Part shown: piece after piece, positions 43,766 to 52,273 of the stretch | How positions within the stretch are numbered: position 1 is the stretch's first letter | Layout of the letters: every line of letters begins with the position of its first letter | NCBI GenBank assembly: GCA_044377735.1 | Contig: JBILYK010000008.1 | Coordinates: 828-64,827 of the forward strand | Source: Paracoccaceae bacterium | GTDB lineage: Bacteria > Pseudomonadota > Alphaproteobacteria > Rhodobacterales > Rhodobacteraceae | DNA length: 64,000 nucleotides | Reading direction: 5' to 3' | Program-made: the position numbers and the translations under genes | Notes under the pieces: generated by a model | Databases searched by the model: none | Told to the model about the DNA's origin: nothing | The model's input: only the letters and a program-made list of their open reading frames with translations

Positions 43766-45730
43766 TTAACCCTTGTTCATGCGGTTGGCGATCAGATCTT
43801 CCACCACCGAAGGATCGGCCAGTGTCGAGGTGTCGCCCAAGCTGCCAAAGTCATTCTCGGCAATCTTGCGCAGGATACGGCGCATGATCTTGCCCGAACG
43901 GGTCTTCGGCAGGCCGGGGGCCCACTGGATCAGGTCAGGCTTGGCAATCGGGCCGATTTCGGTGCGCACCCACGCCTCCAGCTCTTTGCGCAGGGCGTCC
44001 GTCGGCTCGACCCCGTTCATCAAGGTGACATAGGCATAGATGCCTTGACCCTTGATGTCGTGGGGGTAACCCACAACCGCGCTTTCGGCGACCTGCGGAT
44101 GCGCAACCAGCGCGGATTCTACTTCGGCGGTGCCCATGCGATGACCAGACACGTTGATCACGTCATCGACGCGCCCGGTGATCCAGTAATAGCCATCTGC
44201 ATCGCGGCGGCAGCCGTCCCCGGTGAAATAATAGCCCGGATACTGGCTGAAATAAGCCTCTTCAAACCGCGCATGATCGCCCCACAGGGTGCGCATCTGG
44301 CCCGGCCAGCTGTCCGCAATGCACAAGACGCCATCGGTTTCGATTTTGTCCTGCACCTTGGCGGTGGCCGGATCCAGCACGACGGGGGTGACACCAAAGA
44401 ACGGCTTGGTGGCAGACCCCGGCTTTTGCGGAATGGCACCCGGCAAGGGGGTGATCAGGTGGCCGCCGGTTTCGGTTTGCCAGAAGGTGTCAACGATCGG
44501 GCATTTCCCTTTGCCGACATGGGTGTTGTACCAGTTCCATGCCTCGGGGTTGATCGGCTCGCCCACCGAACCCAGAAGCTTCAGGCTCGACAGGTCGTGC
44601 TTGTTCACCCAGTCCGCACCCATGCCCATCAGGCTGCGGATCGCGGTCGGCGCGGTGTAGAACTGGTTGACCTTGTGCTTGGCGCAAACTTCCCAGAAGC
44701 GGCCCGCATCCGGATAGGTCGGCACGCCTTCGAACATGATCGTGGTCGCACCATTGGCCAAGGGGCCATAGACGATATAGCTGTGCCCGGTGACCCAACC
44801 CACATCGGCGGTGCACCAAAACACATCGCCCTCTTGGTAATCAAAGGTCATCTGATGCGTCATCGACGCATAGACCAGATAGCCGCCGCTCGTGTGAACC
44901 ACACCCTTCGGCTTGCCGGTGGAACCCGAGGTGTAAAGGATGAACAGCGGATCTTCCGCGCCCATTTCGACATAAGGGCAATAGGGCTTGGCCGCCGCCA
45001 TCTCGGCCTTGACGTCCACGTCGCGGCCTTCGGTCCAGCTGGTCTGATCGCCGGTGTGCTTGACCACAAGGCATTTCACCCGGTCGTTGCAATGCATCAA
45101 GGCCTGATCGGCGTTGGCCTTCAGAGCCGTTTTCTTGCCACCGCGCGGCGCGAAATCGGCGGTGATCACCAGCTTGGCTTCCGAGTCATTGATGCGGTTG
45201 GCCAAAGCGTCAGGCGAAAAGCCTGCGAAGACGATCGAATGAATGGCCCCAATCCGGGCGCAGGCCAGCATGGCATAGGCGGCCTCGGGGATCATCGGCA
45301 AATAGATCACCACCCGGTCGCCGCGCTGCACGCCCTGCGCCTTCAGCACATTGGCCATGCGGCAGGTCTGCTCCAACAACTGGGCATAGGTGATGTGCTG
45401 GGCGGGCGTTGCGGGGCTGTCCGGCTCCCAGATGATCGCGGTCTGGTTGGCGCGCGCGACCATATGGCGGTCAATGCAATTGGCCGACACGTTCAGCGTG
45501 CCATCCTCATACCACTTGATCGACACCTTCCCAAGGTCGAAATTGGCATCCTTGATCTTGGTGTAATCCTTGATCCAATCGATGCGCTTGCCCTGCTCGG
45601 CCCAAAAGGCTTCGGGATCCGCGACGGACGCCGCATACATCGTGGCATAGCTTTCGGCGGTCACATGCGCCTTCGCGATGAACTCTTTCGACGCCGAATA
45701 CACACCCGTTGTCTGACCGGTTTCTGCCAT
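43766..45730 (-). CDS. acs: Acetyl-CoA synthetase
   Basis: Trimmed to [17 protein letters not shown], with GGAGGAGG upstream. Motifs include [18 protein letters not shown] and [11 protein letters not shown]. Confidence 0.95.
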   Translation of the reverse strand: MAETGQTTGVYSASKEFIAKAHVTAESYATMYAASVADPEAFWAEQGKRIDWIKDYTKIKDANFDLGKVSIKWYEDGTLNVSANCIDRHMVARANQTAIIWEPDSPATPAQHITYAQLLEQTCRMANVLKAQGVQRGDRVVIYLPMIPEAAYAMLACARIGAIHSIVFAGFSPDALANRINDSEAKLVITADFAPRGGKKTALKANADQALMHCNDRVKCLVVKHTGDQTSWTEGRDVDVKAEMAAAKPYCPYVEMGAEDPLFILYTSGSTGKPKGVVHTSGGYLVYASMTHQMTFDYQEGDVFWCTADVGWVTGHSYIVYGPLANGATTIMFEGVPTYPDAGRFWEVCAKHKVNQFYTAPTAIRSLMGMGADWVNKHDLSSLKLLGSVGEPINPEAWNWYNTHVGKGKCPIVDTFWQTETGGHLITPLPGAIPQKPGSATKPFFGVTPVVLDPATAKVQDKIETDGVLCIADSWPGQMRTLWGDHARFEEAYFSQYPGYYFTGDGCRRDADGYYWITGRVDDVINVSGHRMGTAEVESALVAHPQVAESAVVGYPHDIKGQGIYAYVTLMNGVEPTDALRKELEAWVRTEIGPIAKPDLIQWAPGLPKTRSGKIMRRILRKIAENDFGSLGDTSTLADPSVVEDLIANRMNKG

Positions 45731-45874
45731 TGGATCCTCCTCCAGTTTGAACAGCATGATCTCGCCATCCGCACGGTCCGCGCCAAGAACGCGGATCCCC
45801 CCGTAAATGCGATCATAACGGAAGTGTAAAAGAAGTGCTAACTCTAATTGCAATATGGATTTTCCTGTAAATTC

Positions 45875-45896
45875 GTTGACAGATAATGCAGTCAAC
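45875..45896. promoter_or_regulatory. Inverted repeat in the AT-rich acs upstream region
   Basis: GTTGAC-agataatgca-GTCAAC lies within an unusually AT-rich 110 bp (about 45820-45930). A further GCAGTTGAC is at 45932-45940, and TGTAAATT occurs twice (45867, 45899). Confidence 0.3.
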
Positions 45897-46088
45897 TATG
45901 TAAATTTTCCGAAAAGTGATTGAGAAATGACGCAGTTGACCGCGCCATGATCGGCGGAAACCGGCGCAAGGTCAGTTTGTCGCAGGGGGTCATCTTGAAA
46001 ACCGGCCTTGCAATGATAGCGCAAGCATCCTTGGGCCTGCGCCAAAGCCATGCCGCAGTGCAACATCTATGTATGCAAACGATTCGAC

Positions 46089-47753
46089 TCAGACCTTGGG
46101 GGCCACGCCCAGCGCGGCCGGAACGGCGGCAAGATCGGCCACGAACAAAACCTGATCGCCCCGCACCCCCGCCTGATGCAACACCCGCCGCACCTCGGCA
46201 CTGGCGCCCGAAATCACCAGCCGCCCCTCTTTGCGCGCCATCTTGCGCGCCAAAAGCGCAAAGGAATAGGCCCCCGAACTGTCGATCAACGGCACGGCGG
46301 CAAAATCCACCACCAGCGCGCGCGGCCGCTCAGACACCTGATCCAAGACCGACCCCAGCCGCGCCGCCGCGCCAAAGAACCATGGGCCGTTCAGGTGATA
46401 CACCACCACATCGGTGTCACCATCCCGGTCCAGATCCATCTCGGGCAGGGGCAGGCGGCTTTCGGCAATCGTCGTGCCCGCCGACATGCGGTTGATAAAC
46501 ACCAACCCCGCCAGCGCGAACCCCACCACAATGCCCTCGGTCAGGTCCCGAAACACCACCAGCCCAAAGGTCGCCAAAAGCACCACCGCATCCGCCCGCG
46601 AATGGCGCGCCAGATGCCACAGCTCTTCCTTCTCGGCCATGTTCCACGCCACCACGGCCAAAACCCCGGCCAAGGCGGCCAAGGGGATGAACCCGGCCAA
46701 AGGTGCGGCCACCAGCATGAAGGCCAGCACAAACACCGCATGCAGCATCCCCGACACCGGCCCGCGTGACCCGGCGCGCACATTGGTGGCCGTGCGCGCG
46801 ATGGTGCCGGTCACGCAGAACCCACCGAACAAGGGCGTCACCACATTGGCCACCCCTTGCGCCATCAATTCCGCATTGGGGCGGTGACGGCGGCCCGACA
46901 TCCCATCGGCCACCACCGCCGACAACAGGCTTTCAATCGCACCAAGCAGCGTGAACGACAGCGCCCAAGGCAGCGCCGCCTGCACAGCCGCCAGCCCGAA
47001 ATCAGGCAAAGCAGGCGCAGGCGGGCTGCGCGGCAACTCGCCAAAGCGGCTGTAAATCGTCTCCACCGGCAGGCCCAGCACCGCCACCACCACCGAGGCC
47101 AAAGCCACTGCAATCAACAGGTTCGGCGCCCGTGGTGCCCAGCGCTTGACCCCGACAATCAGCGCCACCGTGCCCGCCGCGACCATCAGCGCCGCCGGGT
47201 TCAGACTGCCCCGCGCCGCCCACAACGCCTCAACCTTGTGCAAAATCTCGGCAGGCTCTGCGCCGGGCAGGGTCAGACCCAGAAGGTCCTTGATCTGGCT
47301 GGCAAAGATGATGACCGCGATGCCTGCCGTGAACCCCACCGTCACCGGATAGGGAATGAACCGCACATAAGACCCCGCGCGCAACGCCGCCAACACCGCC
47401 AGAAACACCCCCGACATCAGCGTGGCCAGCAAAAGCCCCTCAACCCCAATCTGCGCCACGCAGGCCGAGACCAGCACAATGAACGCCCCCGCAGGCCCCC
47501 CGACCTGATACCGCGACCCGCCAAGGGCCGATACGATGAACCCGCCGATGATCGTGGTGAACAGCCCCCGTTCCGGGCTGACGCCGCTCGCAATCGCAAT
47601 CGCCATCGACAAGGGCAGCGCCACAATCGCCACCGTCAACCCCGCCAGCGCATCGGCGCGCAGATCAGCGGGCCGATAGCCCTCGCGCAGCGTGGTCACA
47701 AGCTTGGGCAGAAACTCCGAAGGGCTGTGGGCAGGCGTTGGATTAAGGGCCAT
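46089..47753 (-). CDS. SulP-family anion transporter with C-terminal STAS domain
   Basis: 554 aa: DALAGLTVAIVALPLSMAIAIASG... The C-terminal part, VVVYHLNGPWFFGAA...LVVDFAAVPLIDSSG, is a STAS domain. Confidence 0.9.
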   Translation of the reverse strand: MALNPTPAHSPSEFLPKLVTTLREGYRPADLRADALAGLTVAIVALPLSMAIAIASGVSPERGLFTTIIGGFIVSALGGSRYQVGGPAGAFIVLVSACVAQIGVEGLLLATLMSGVFLAVLAALRAGSYVRFIPYPVTVGFTAGIAVIIFASQIKDLLGLTLPGAEPAEILHKVEALWAARGSLNPAALMVAAGTVALIVGVKRWAPRAPNLLIAVALASVVVAVLGLPVETIYSRFGELPRSPPAPALPDFGLAAVQAALPWALSFTLLGAIESLLSAVVADGMSGRRHRPNAELMAQGVANVVTPLFGGFCVTGTIARTATNVRAGSRGPVSGMLHAVFVLAFMLVAAPLAGFIPLAALAGVLAVVAWNMAEKEELWHLARHSRADAVVLLATFGLVVFRDLTEGIVVGFALAGLVFINRMSAGTTIAESRLPLPEMDLDRDGDTDVVVYHLNGPWFFGAAARLGSVLDQVSERPRALVVDFAAVPLIDSSGAYSFALLARKMARKEGRLVISGASAEVRRVLHQAGVRGDQVLFVADLAAVPAALGVAPKV

Positions 47754-47867
47754 GCGGTCGGCAATCTGATATAAAGGGCGGAATGCCGGAAATCATGGCA
47801 GGCGGGATCAAATACGATTAACAAACGCCCCTGATCCGCGCCTGTCAATACATTCGCCTCTCATTAT

Positions 47868-47897
47868 ATACGCCCATCAATAGATACGCCCATCAAT
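47868..47897. promoter_or_regulatory. Tandem 14-bp direct repeat in the divergent SulP / PNPOx-like promoter region
   Basis: ATACGCCCATCAAT ag ATACGCCCATCAAT, with a 16-bp period. It ends 19 nt before the ATG at 47917. Confidence 0.35.
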
Positions 47898-47916
47898 CAC
47901 CCGCTCAGGTTCTCGC

Positions 47917-48408
47917 ATGTCCAACCCCCGCCGCCCCGATCCGGTTCAGCCCGCCGATGACGCCGCCCGCCAATTGGCGCGCGCGCTGATGGCGGCCAAC
48001 CATGCCGCGCTGGCCACGCTTGACCCCACTGGTGCCCCCGCGATCAGCCGCGTCGCCTTTGGCCTGTGCCCCAACGGCCTCCCCCTCACGCTGATCTCGT
48101 CCCTCGCGGCGCATTTCGCCCAGCTTCAGGACGATCCGCGCTGTTCGCTGATGGTCGGAGAGGTGGGAGCCAGGGGCGACCCGCTCACCCATCCCCGCCT
48201 GATGATCCGCGCCCATGCCGCCTTTGTCGCCGCTGACGCGCCCGACCGCCCCGCCTTGCGCGCCCATTGGTTAAAGGGCCACCCGAAGGCAGCCCTCTAC
48301 ATCGACTTTGCCGATTTCGCCTTTGTGCGGCTCACCCCCGAAAGTGCGCTTCTGAACGGCGGCTTTGGCCGTGCCTTCCGCCTCTCGCCTGAGGATCTGC
48401 GCGCTTAA
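47917..48408 (+). CDS. Pyridoxamine 5'-phosphate oxidase-fold protein (HugZ-like)
   Basis: 163 aa: LARALMAANHAALATLDPTGAPAISRVAFG...DPRCSLMVGE...YIDFADFAFVRL. This fits the split-barrel FMN-binding family. Confidence 0.7.
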   Translation: MSNPRRPDPVQPADDAARQLARALMAANHAALATLDPTGAPAISRVAFGLCPNGLPLTLISSLAAHFAQLQDDPRCSLMVGEVGARGDPLTHPRLMIRAHAAFVAADAPDRPALRAHWLKGHPKAALYIDFADFAFVRLTPESALLNGGFGRAFRLSPEDLRA

Positions 48409-48417
48409 AGCGGCCCG

Positions 48418-50706
48418 CTAAAGCGGATTATCACCGCGCACCTTGACCATCGCCTTGCCACGCACCGCCGAGGGCCAGCGCAGATGCACCAGCCGGTCGC
48501 CCGCGCCTTGCTCGACCTCGACATAGGGCTGCACCCATTGCACCGTGCCCCCGGCATTGCGCGCCGGGCCTTCCAGAACATGGCTTTCCACATTGCGCGC
48601 CCGCGCCCCAAAGGGCAGATAATCGCCCCCATCCACCACCCAGGTCTCGGCGGCGGTGTTTTGCGTGTGCTCCACCAAAATCGGGCTGACCGTGGCCTGC
48701 GTGATGCCGTTGAAGGTGTTGTTGGCAAAGATCAGATTGCGATAGTTGCCGGTGTTCAGCGTGGCATGCGTGGTGTCGACCATCTCTACCCGGTCAATCG
48801 CGCCGGTGCTGTTGCGAAACACATTGCCCGTCACCGACAGACCCGCAATCGAATGGCCGCTGCCCTTGGGGGCCAGCACCAAGAACCGAAACGCAGAGCT
48901 GGTGTTGGAACACAAAAACAAATTGCCGGTGATCGTCAGCCCGCCAAAAGTATATCCCGATGAGAAACTGGGCACCTGATCGCGCTCATTCGACACTTCG
49001 ATAAAGCAGTTGTCGATGTAATTGCCCACCACAAAGCCCCGCACATTGCGCGTACAAAACACCAACCCCGCCCGACGCAGACCCAAAGGCTCTTCATCCT
49101 CGGAAAACAGGTGATTACCCAGAATGATATGGCTACCCCCGGCCAAGACGCCAAAATGCGCAAAATAGGTCCCGCGGTTGTTGCGGATCTTGGCGTCATT
49201 GGCATTCACGTTAAACCCCACCGTGGTGCGGTTCTGCACGGTCAGCGAAAACTCCCAGCCATTGAACAGGCAGCTTTCAATCACAATGCCCTGACACCCC
49301 TCTTTGATCGAGGTCACACCGCGATCCTTGGGGAAGGAGAACACGCAATCGGTGATGCGAAACAGCTTGCCCGTCAACGGCAACATCACGCCGCTCGCAG
49401 TCTGACCGCAGCTGAATTCAATGTCCGAAATCTCAAACCGGCTCAGCTCGGCAAAGCCGCTGAAATCCAGCATGTAGCGATAGCGCTGAAAGGTGAAGGT
49501 CCGCGTCGCCGCCCCGCCCCACATCGGATCGGTCAATTCGATGGTCGCGGCCGCCACGTTCTTTGACGCGACATAAATCTCGCGCCCCACCCCGGTGCCC
49601 GAAATCCGCGCCCCCACCGGAATGGCGGCGATATTGGCCACCCCGGTCAGCGTTTTGGGATTGGCCGGGTTATAGGTGGCCACCGCCGTGATCGTCTGGG
49701 TGTTCCACGCACTGCCGGGGCTTGCCTGCAACAGCCCATGGGTCAAAACCCGGCGCTGGCCGAAACTCGTCAGACCAGAAAGCGCCGCCACATCAATCGG
49801 CTGCGTCAACTCCACCCGACGCCCCGACAGATCCAACGCCACATGGTCGGTGAAATAGAACAGCGCCTGCAAGGCCTTGCGGAACCCCGCCAATTCACCG
49901 CCAAAGGCCGCCGCATAGGTATCCAGATTGAAATTGCGTGTGCAGGCCAGCCGCTGATCCTCGGGCATCACCACGGTGCCTTCAAACTTCACCGGGTTGT
50001 CAAAGGTGAAATGACTGGCCAGCCGGTAGGTGCCGGGCGACACCACCACCGTCTTGCCCGCCGCCGCCGCATCGGCGGCGTCAAAGGCGGCCCAGTCATT
50101 GGCCACCCCATCGCCCACTGCGCCAAAATCGCGCACATCCACCCAGTCGAACATTTCCGAATGGAAAATCGCCGTGACATCCTCGATCACGATGTCATCA
50201 ATCCGCACAACACCCCCGGTTGGCCCGGTCAGATCCAACCCCATATGGCCGTAAACGGGCGCCGTGCCCCAGACCATATCCACCCCCGTCCGGTTGCCCG
50301 ACGCGATGATCGCACTCACCGTCACCACCTGCCCATAGCCCGTCAGCGCCACACCCGGCCCCTGCTGATTGGCCGCCGACACATTGTTGCCCGCACTGTT
50401 GCCCGCCCAAGCGGCGATCCGCACCGTCGGCAATGGCCCGCTGATCGCCTTGACCCGCGCGGTGACCCGCAGATAAAGCCCCGGCTGAAACGGAATCTGC
50501 TGAAACGACCGCAGTTTTTGCGTTGCGGCCGTCTTTTGCAGCTCCAGACAGCCCTCAAAATCCTGATCTGACGGCACAAAGGCGGCGTTCGGCTGGCCAG
50601 CATAGCTGCCCTGCCCCGCCCGCCCATCCTCGCGCGACCACAGCGCCAGCCCTGCCGAAAACGGCGGCGGCATCAAGACCAGACCTTCGGTAATCGCCTT
50701 GTTCAT
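48418..50706 (-). CDS. Right-handed beta-helix protein with pectate-lyase-3/tailspike-like domain
   Basis: Trimmed to MNKAITEGLVLMPPP (762 aa), with no signal peptide. After a jelly-roll-like N-domain of about 190 aa comes VDVRDFGAVGDGVANDWAAFDAADAAAAGKTVVVSPGTYRL, the hallmark opening of Pectate_lyase_3. Repetitive N/G/T/V-rich beta-helix coils follow. Confidence 0.75.
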   Translation of the reverse strand: MNKAITEGLVLMPPPFSAGLALWSREDGRAGQGSYAGQPNAAFVPSDQDFEGCLELQKTAATQKLRSFQQIPFQPGLYLRVTARVKAISGPLPTVRIAAWAGNSAGNNVSAANQQGPGVALTGYGQVVTVSAIIASGNRTGVDMVWGTAPVYGHMGLDLTGPTGGVVRIDDIVIEDVTAIFHSEMFDWVDVRDFGAVGDGVANDWAAFDAADAAAAGKTVVVSPGTYRLASHFTFDNPVKFEGTVVMPEDQRLACTRNFNLDTYAAAFGGELAGFRKALQALFYFTDHVALDLSGRRVELTQPIDVAALSGLTSFGQRRVLTHGLLQASPGSAWNTQTITAVATYNPANPKTLTGVANIAAIPVGARISGTGVGREIYVASKNVAAATIELTDPMWGGAATRTFTFQRYRYMLDFSGFAELSRFEISDIEFSCGQTASGVMLPLTGKLFRITDCVFSFPKDRGVTSIKEGCQGIVIESCLFNGWEFSLTVQNRTTVGFNVNANDAKIRNNRGTYFAHFGVLAGGSHIILGNHLFSEDEEPLGLRRAGLVFCTRNVRGFVVGNYIDNCFIEVSNERDQVPSFSSGYTFGGLTITGNLFLCSNTSSAFRFLVLAPKGSGHSIAGLSVTGNVFRNSTGAIDRVEMVDTTHATLNTGNYRNLIFANNTFNGITQATVSPILVEHTQNTAAETWVVDGGDYLPFGARARNVESHVLEGPARNAGGTVQWVQPYVEVEQGAGDRLVHLRWPSAVRGKAMVKVRGDNPL

Positions 50707-51185
50707 TCCAAACCTCGTGAAGCTGAGCGCGGGGGCAGGTCCAGCCAAACGCTGACCCGATCGCACAAGACGCTATGCGCAAAGGGTTAACACCCCACAG
50801 CCCCACCGCGCGCTGCCCAACCCAAAGGCCGCGCCCGACGACTGCGCGCTTCGACTGCGCGCTTCCGCCTAAATCCCGCCAGCTGACCCTGATCGCCGGC
50901 CGCGCAGCGGGCAACAATCGCCAAAGCCCCGCACCGATTCGCTTTTTGGCATGGCCGGGCCCGAATCCATCGGCCCTCAGCCCGCCAACCGGCCACCCCC
51001 AGCGCCCAAGTGTTGCCAAATTGACGAAAGCACTGGCTGTATCAGCCCTTCTTCTCTCGCTGCCGCAGCAAGGCAATTGTGTTGAAAATGGCAAGCTGAT
51101 CTACTCAACTCCAAGACGTCTGCAGGCTCTACGGCGTCGCCTCTGCTCTGTCTCACAGACGCCCAACACTCAACTGGAGTTCATT

Positions 51186-51365
51186 ATGAAAAAGATCGCT
51201 CTTGCTGCCATTCTCTCGGTTGCCGCCACCACCGCTTTCGCCGGCGGCGTGGCTGACCCCGCCATGGAACCCGCCGTTATCGAAGCTGGCGCTTCGTCCT
51301 CGGGCGGCATCATCCTCCCGTTGCTCCTGCTGGTGGTTGTTGCCGCTGCCGTGGCATCGAACTGA
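51186..51365 (+). CDS. Small secreted/anchored protein (59 aa)
   Basis: MKKIALAAILSVAATTAFAGG (signal peptide), then VADPAMEPAVIEAGASSSGG, then IILPLLLLVVVAAAVASN (hydrophobic C-terminus). GGAG lies about 9 nt upstream. A clean terminator follows the gene. Confidence 0.6.
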   Translation: MKKIALAAILSVAATTAFAGGVADPAMEPAVIEAGASSSGGIILPLLLLVVVAAAVASN

Positions 51366-51392
51366 TCCTATCCGGGTCACGTCAAGACTGGG

Positions 51393-51422
51393 GCGGCAGG
51401 TTTCCTGCCGCTCTTTTCTTTT
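51393..51422 (+). terminator. Rho-independent terminator
   Basis: GCGGCAGG-ttt-CCTGCCGC (perfect 8-bp stem) followed by TCTTTTCTTTT. Confidence 0.75.
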
Positions 51423-51511
51423 GCGCGAAAGGCCGCCGGTGCGCCTGACCCGGCTTGCGGCCCAGCCCTTGGCACCCCATCTCTAACCTGTCTCAACATA
51501 TAAGGTGCGCC

Positions 51512-52210
51512 ATGGTCAAATCCCTTCTCGACAGCCTTCTGGGCGGCGTCAAAGATCTCACTGCCGGCCAATCCGCAGGCCAGATCGCTGGCAAAGCCCG
51601 CGCCGCATGGCAGGGCCAAACCACCCTGACCAAAGGCGCAGTCGCAGGCGGCCTTCTGGCCGCGCTCCTGTCGGGCAATGCCCGCAAACTGGTTGGCACC
51701 GGTGCAAAAATCGGTGGGGCGGCGCTGATCGGCGGTTTGGCCTTCAAAGCCTACGAGGATTGGAAGCAAGGCAAATCCGTCGCAGACACCCACCCCGACA
51801 CCCCCATCGCCCTGCCCAAACCCCCCGAAGCTTTCCTGCCCAGCGACCAAACCGCCGCCGACGCCCTCTCGCAGCGCCTCTTGCAAGCCATGATCGCCGC
51901 CGCCAAGGCCGATGGTCAGATCACCCCAGCCGAACGCGCCCGCATCACCGACACCCTGCCGCAACTTGGCCTTGGCCCCGAGGCGCAGGATCTGATCACC
52001 GCCGAACTGGACACCCCCCTCGACATCGCCGCCATCGCCGCCCTCGCCCAAGACGAAGAACAGGCGACCGAGATCTACGCCGCCTCGCTTCTGGCGATCG
52101 ACCCGGACGGTGCCGCCGAACAGGGCTATCTCGCCCTGCTGGCCGCCCGCCTGCGCCTTGACCCCGGCCTTGTTGACCACCTCCACGCCCGCGCCCGCAC
52201 CCTGCGCTGA
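51512..52210 (+). CDS. DUF533 / YebE-like (TerB-fold) inner-membrane protein
   Basis: Trimmed to MVKSLLDSLLGG. GGLLAALLSGNARKLVGTGAKIGGAALIGGLAFKAYEDWKQGK parallels E. coli YebE. The C-terminal part (MIAAAKADGQITPAERARI...) is TerB-like. Confidence 0.8.
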   Translation: MVKSLLDSLLGGVKDLTAGQSAGQIAGKARAAWQGQTTLTKGAVAGGLLAALLSGNARKLVGTGAKIGGAALIGGLAFKAYEDWKQGKSVADTHPDTPIALPKPPEAFLPSDQTAADALSQRLLQAMIAAAKADGQITPAERARITDTLPQLGLGPEAQDLITAELDTPLDIAAIAALAQDEEQATEIYAASLLAIDPDGAAEQGYLALLAARLRLDPGLVDHLHARARTLR

Positions 52211-52273
52211 CCGGCCCCCAACAGGCGGGGGCTGTCCATCCCCCCCATCCCCGCCTATTCTCACCGGGCAAGC

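Noticed and set aside
43007-45829. 940-aa ORF on the plus strand, the longest in the track
   Set aside because: It is antisense to adk and acs, which carry unmistakable motifs ([20 protein letters not shown]). It has no recognisable domains and an Arg/Gly/His-rich composition.
50786-50791. CtrA box upstream of the beta-helix gene, which would have supported GTA-like regulation
   Set aside because: There is only a single GTTAAC half-site. No second TTAA half-site occurs at the N7 spacing, so the evidence is insufficient.
48418-51365. Prophage or GTA structural island around the tailspike-like gene
   Set aside because: No capsid, portal, terminase, tape-measure, integrase or lysis genes lie within 10 kb on either side. 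The flanking genes are ordinary chromosomal genes. Only the single-gene hypothesis was kept, at low confidence.
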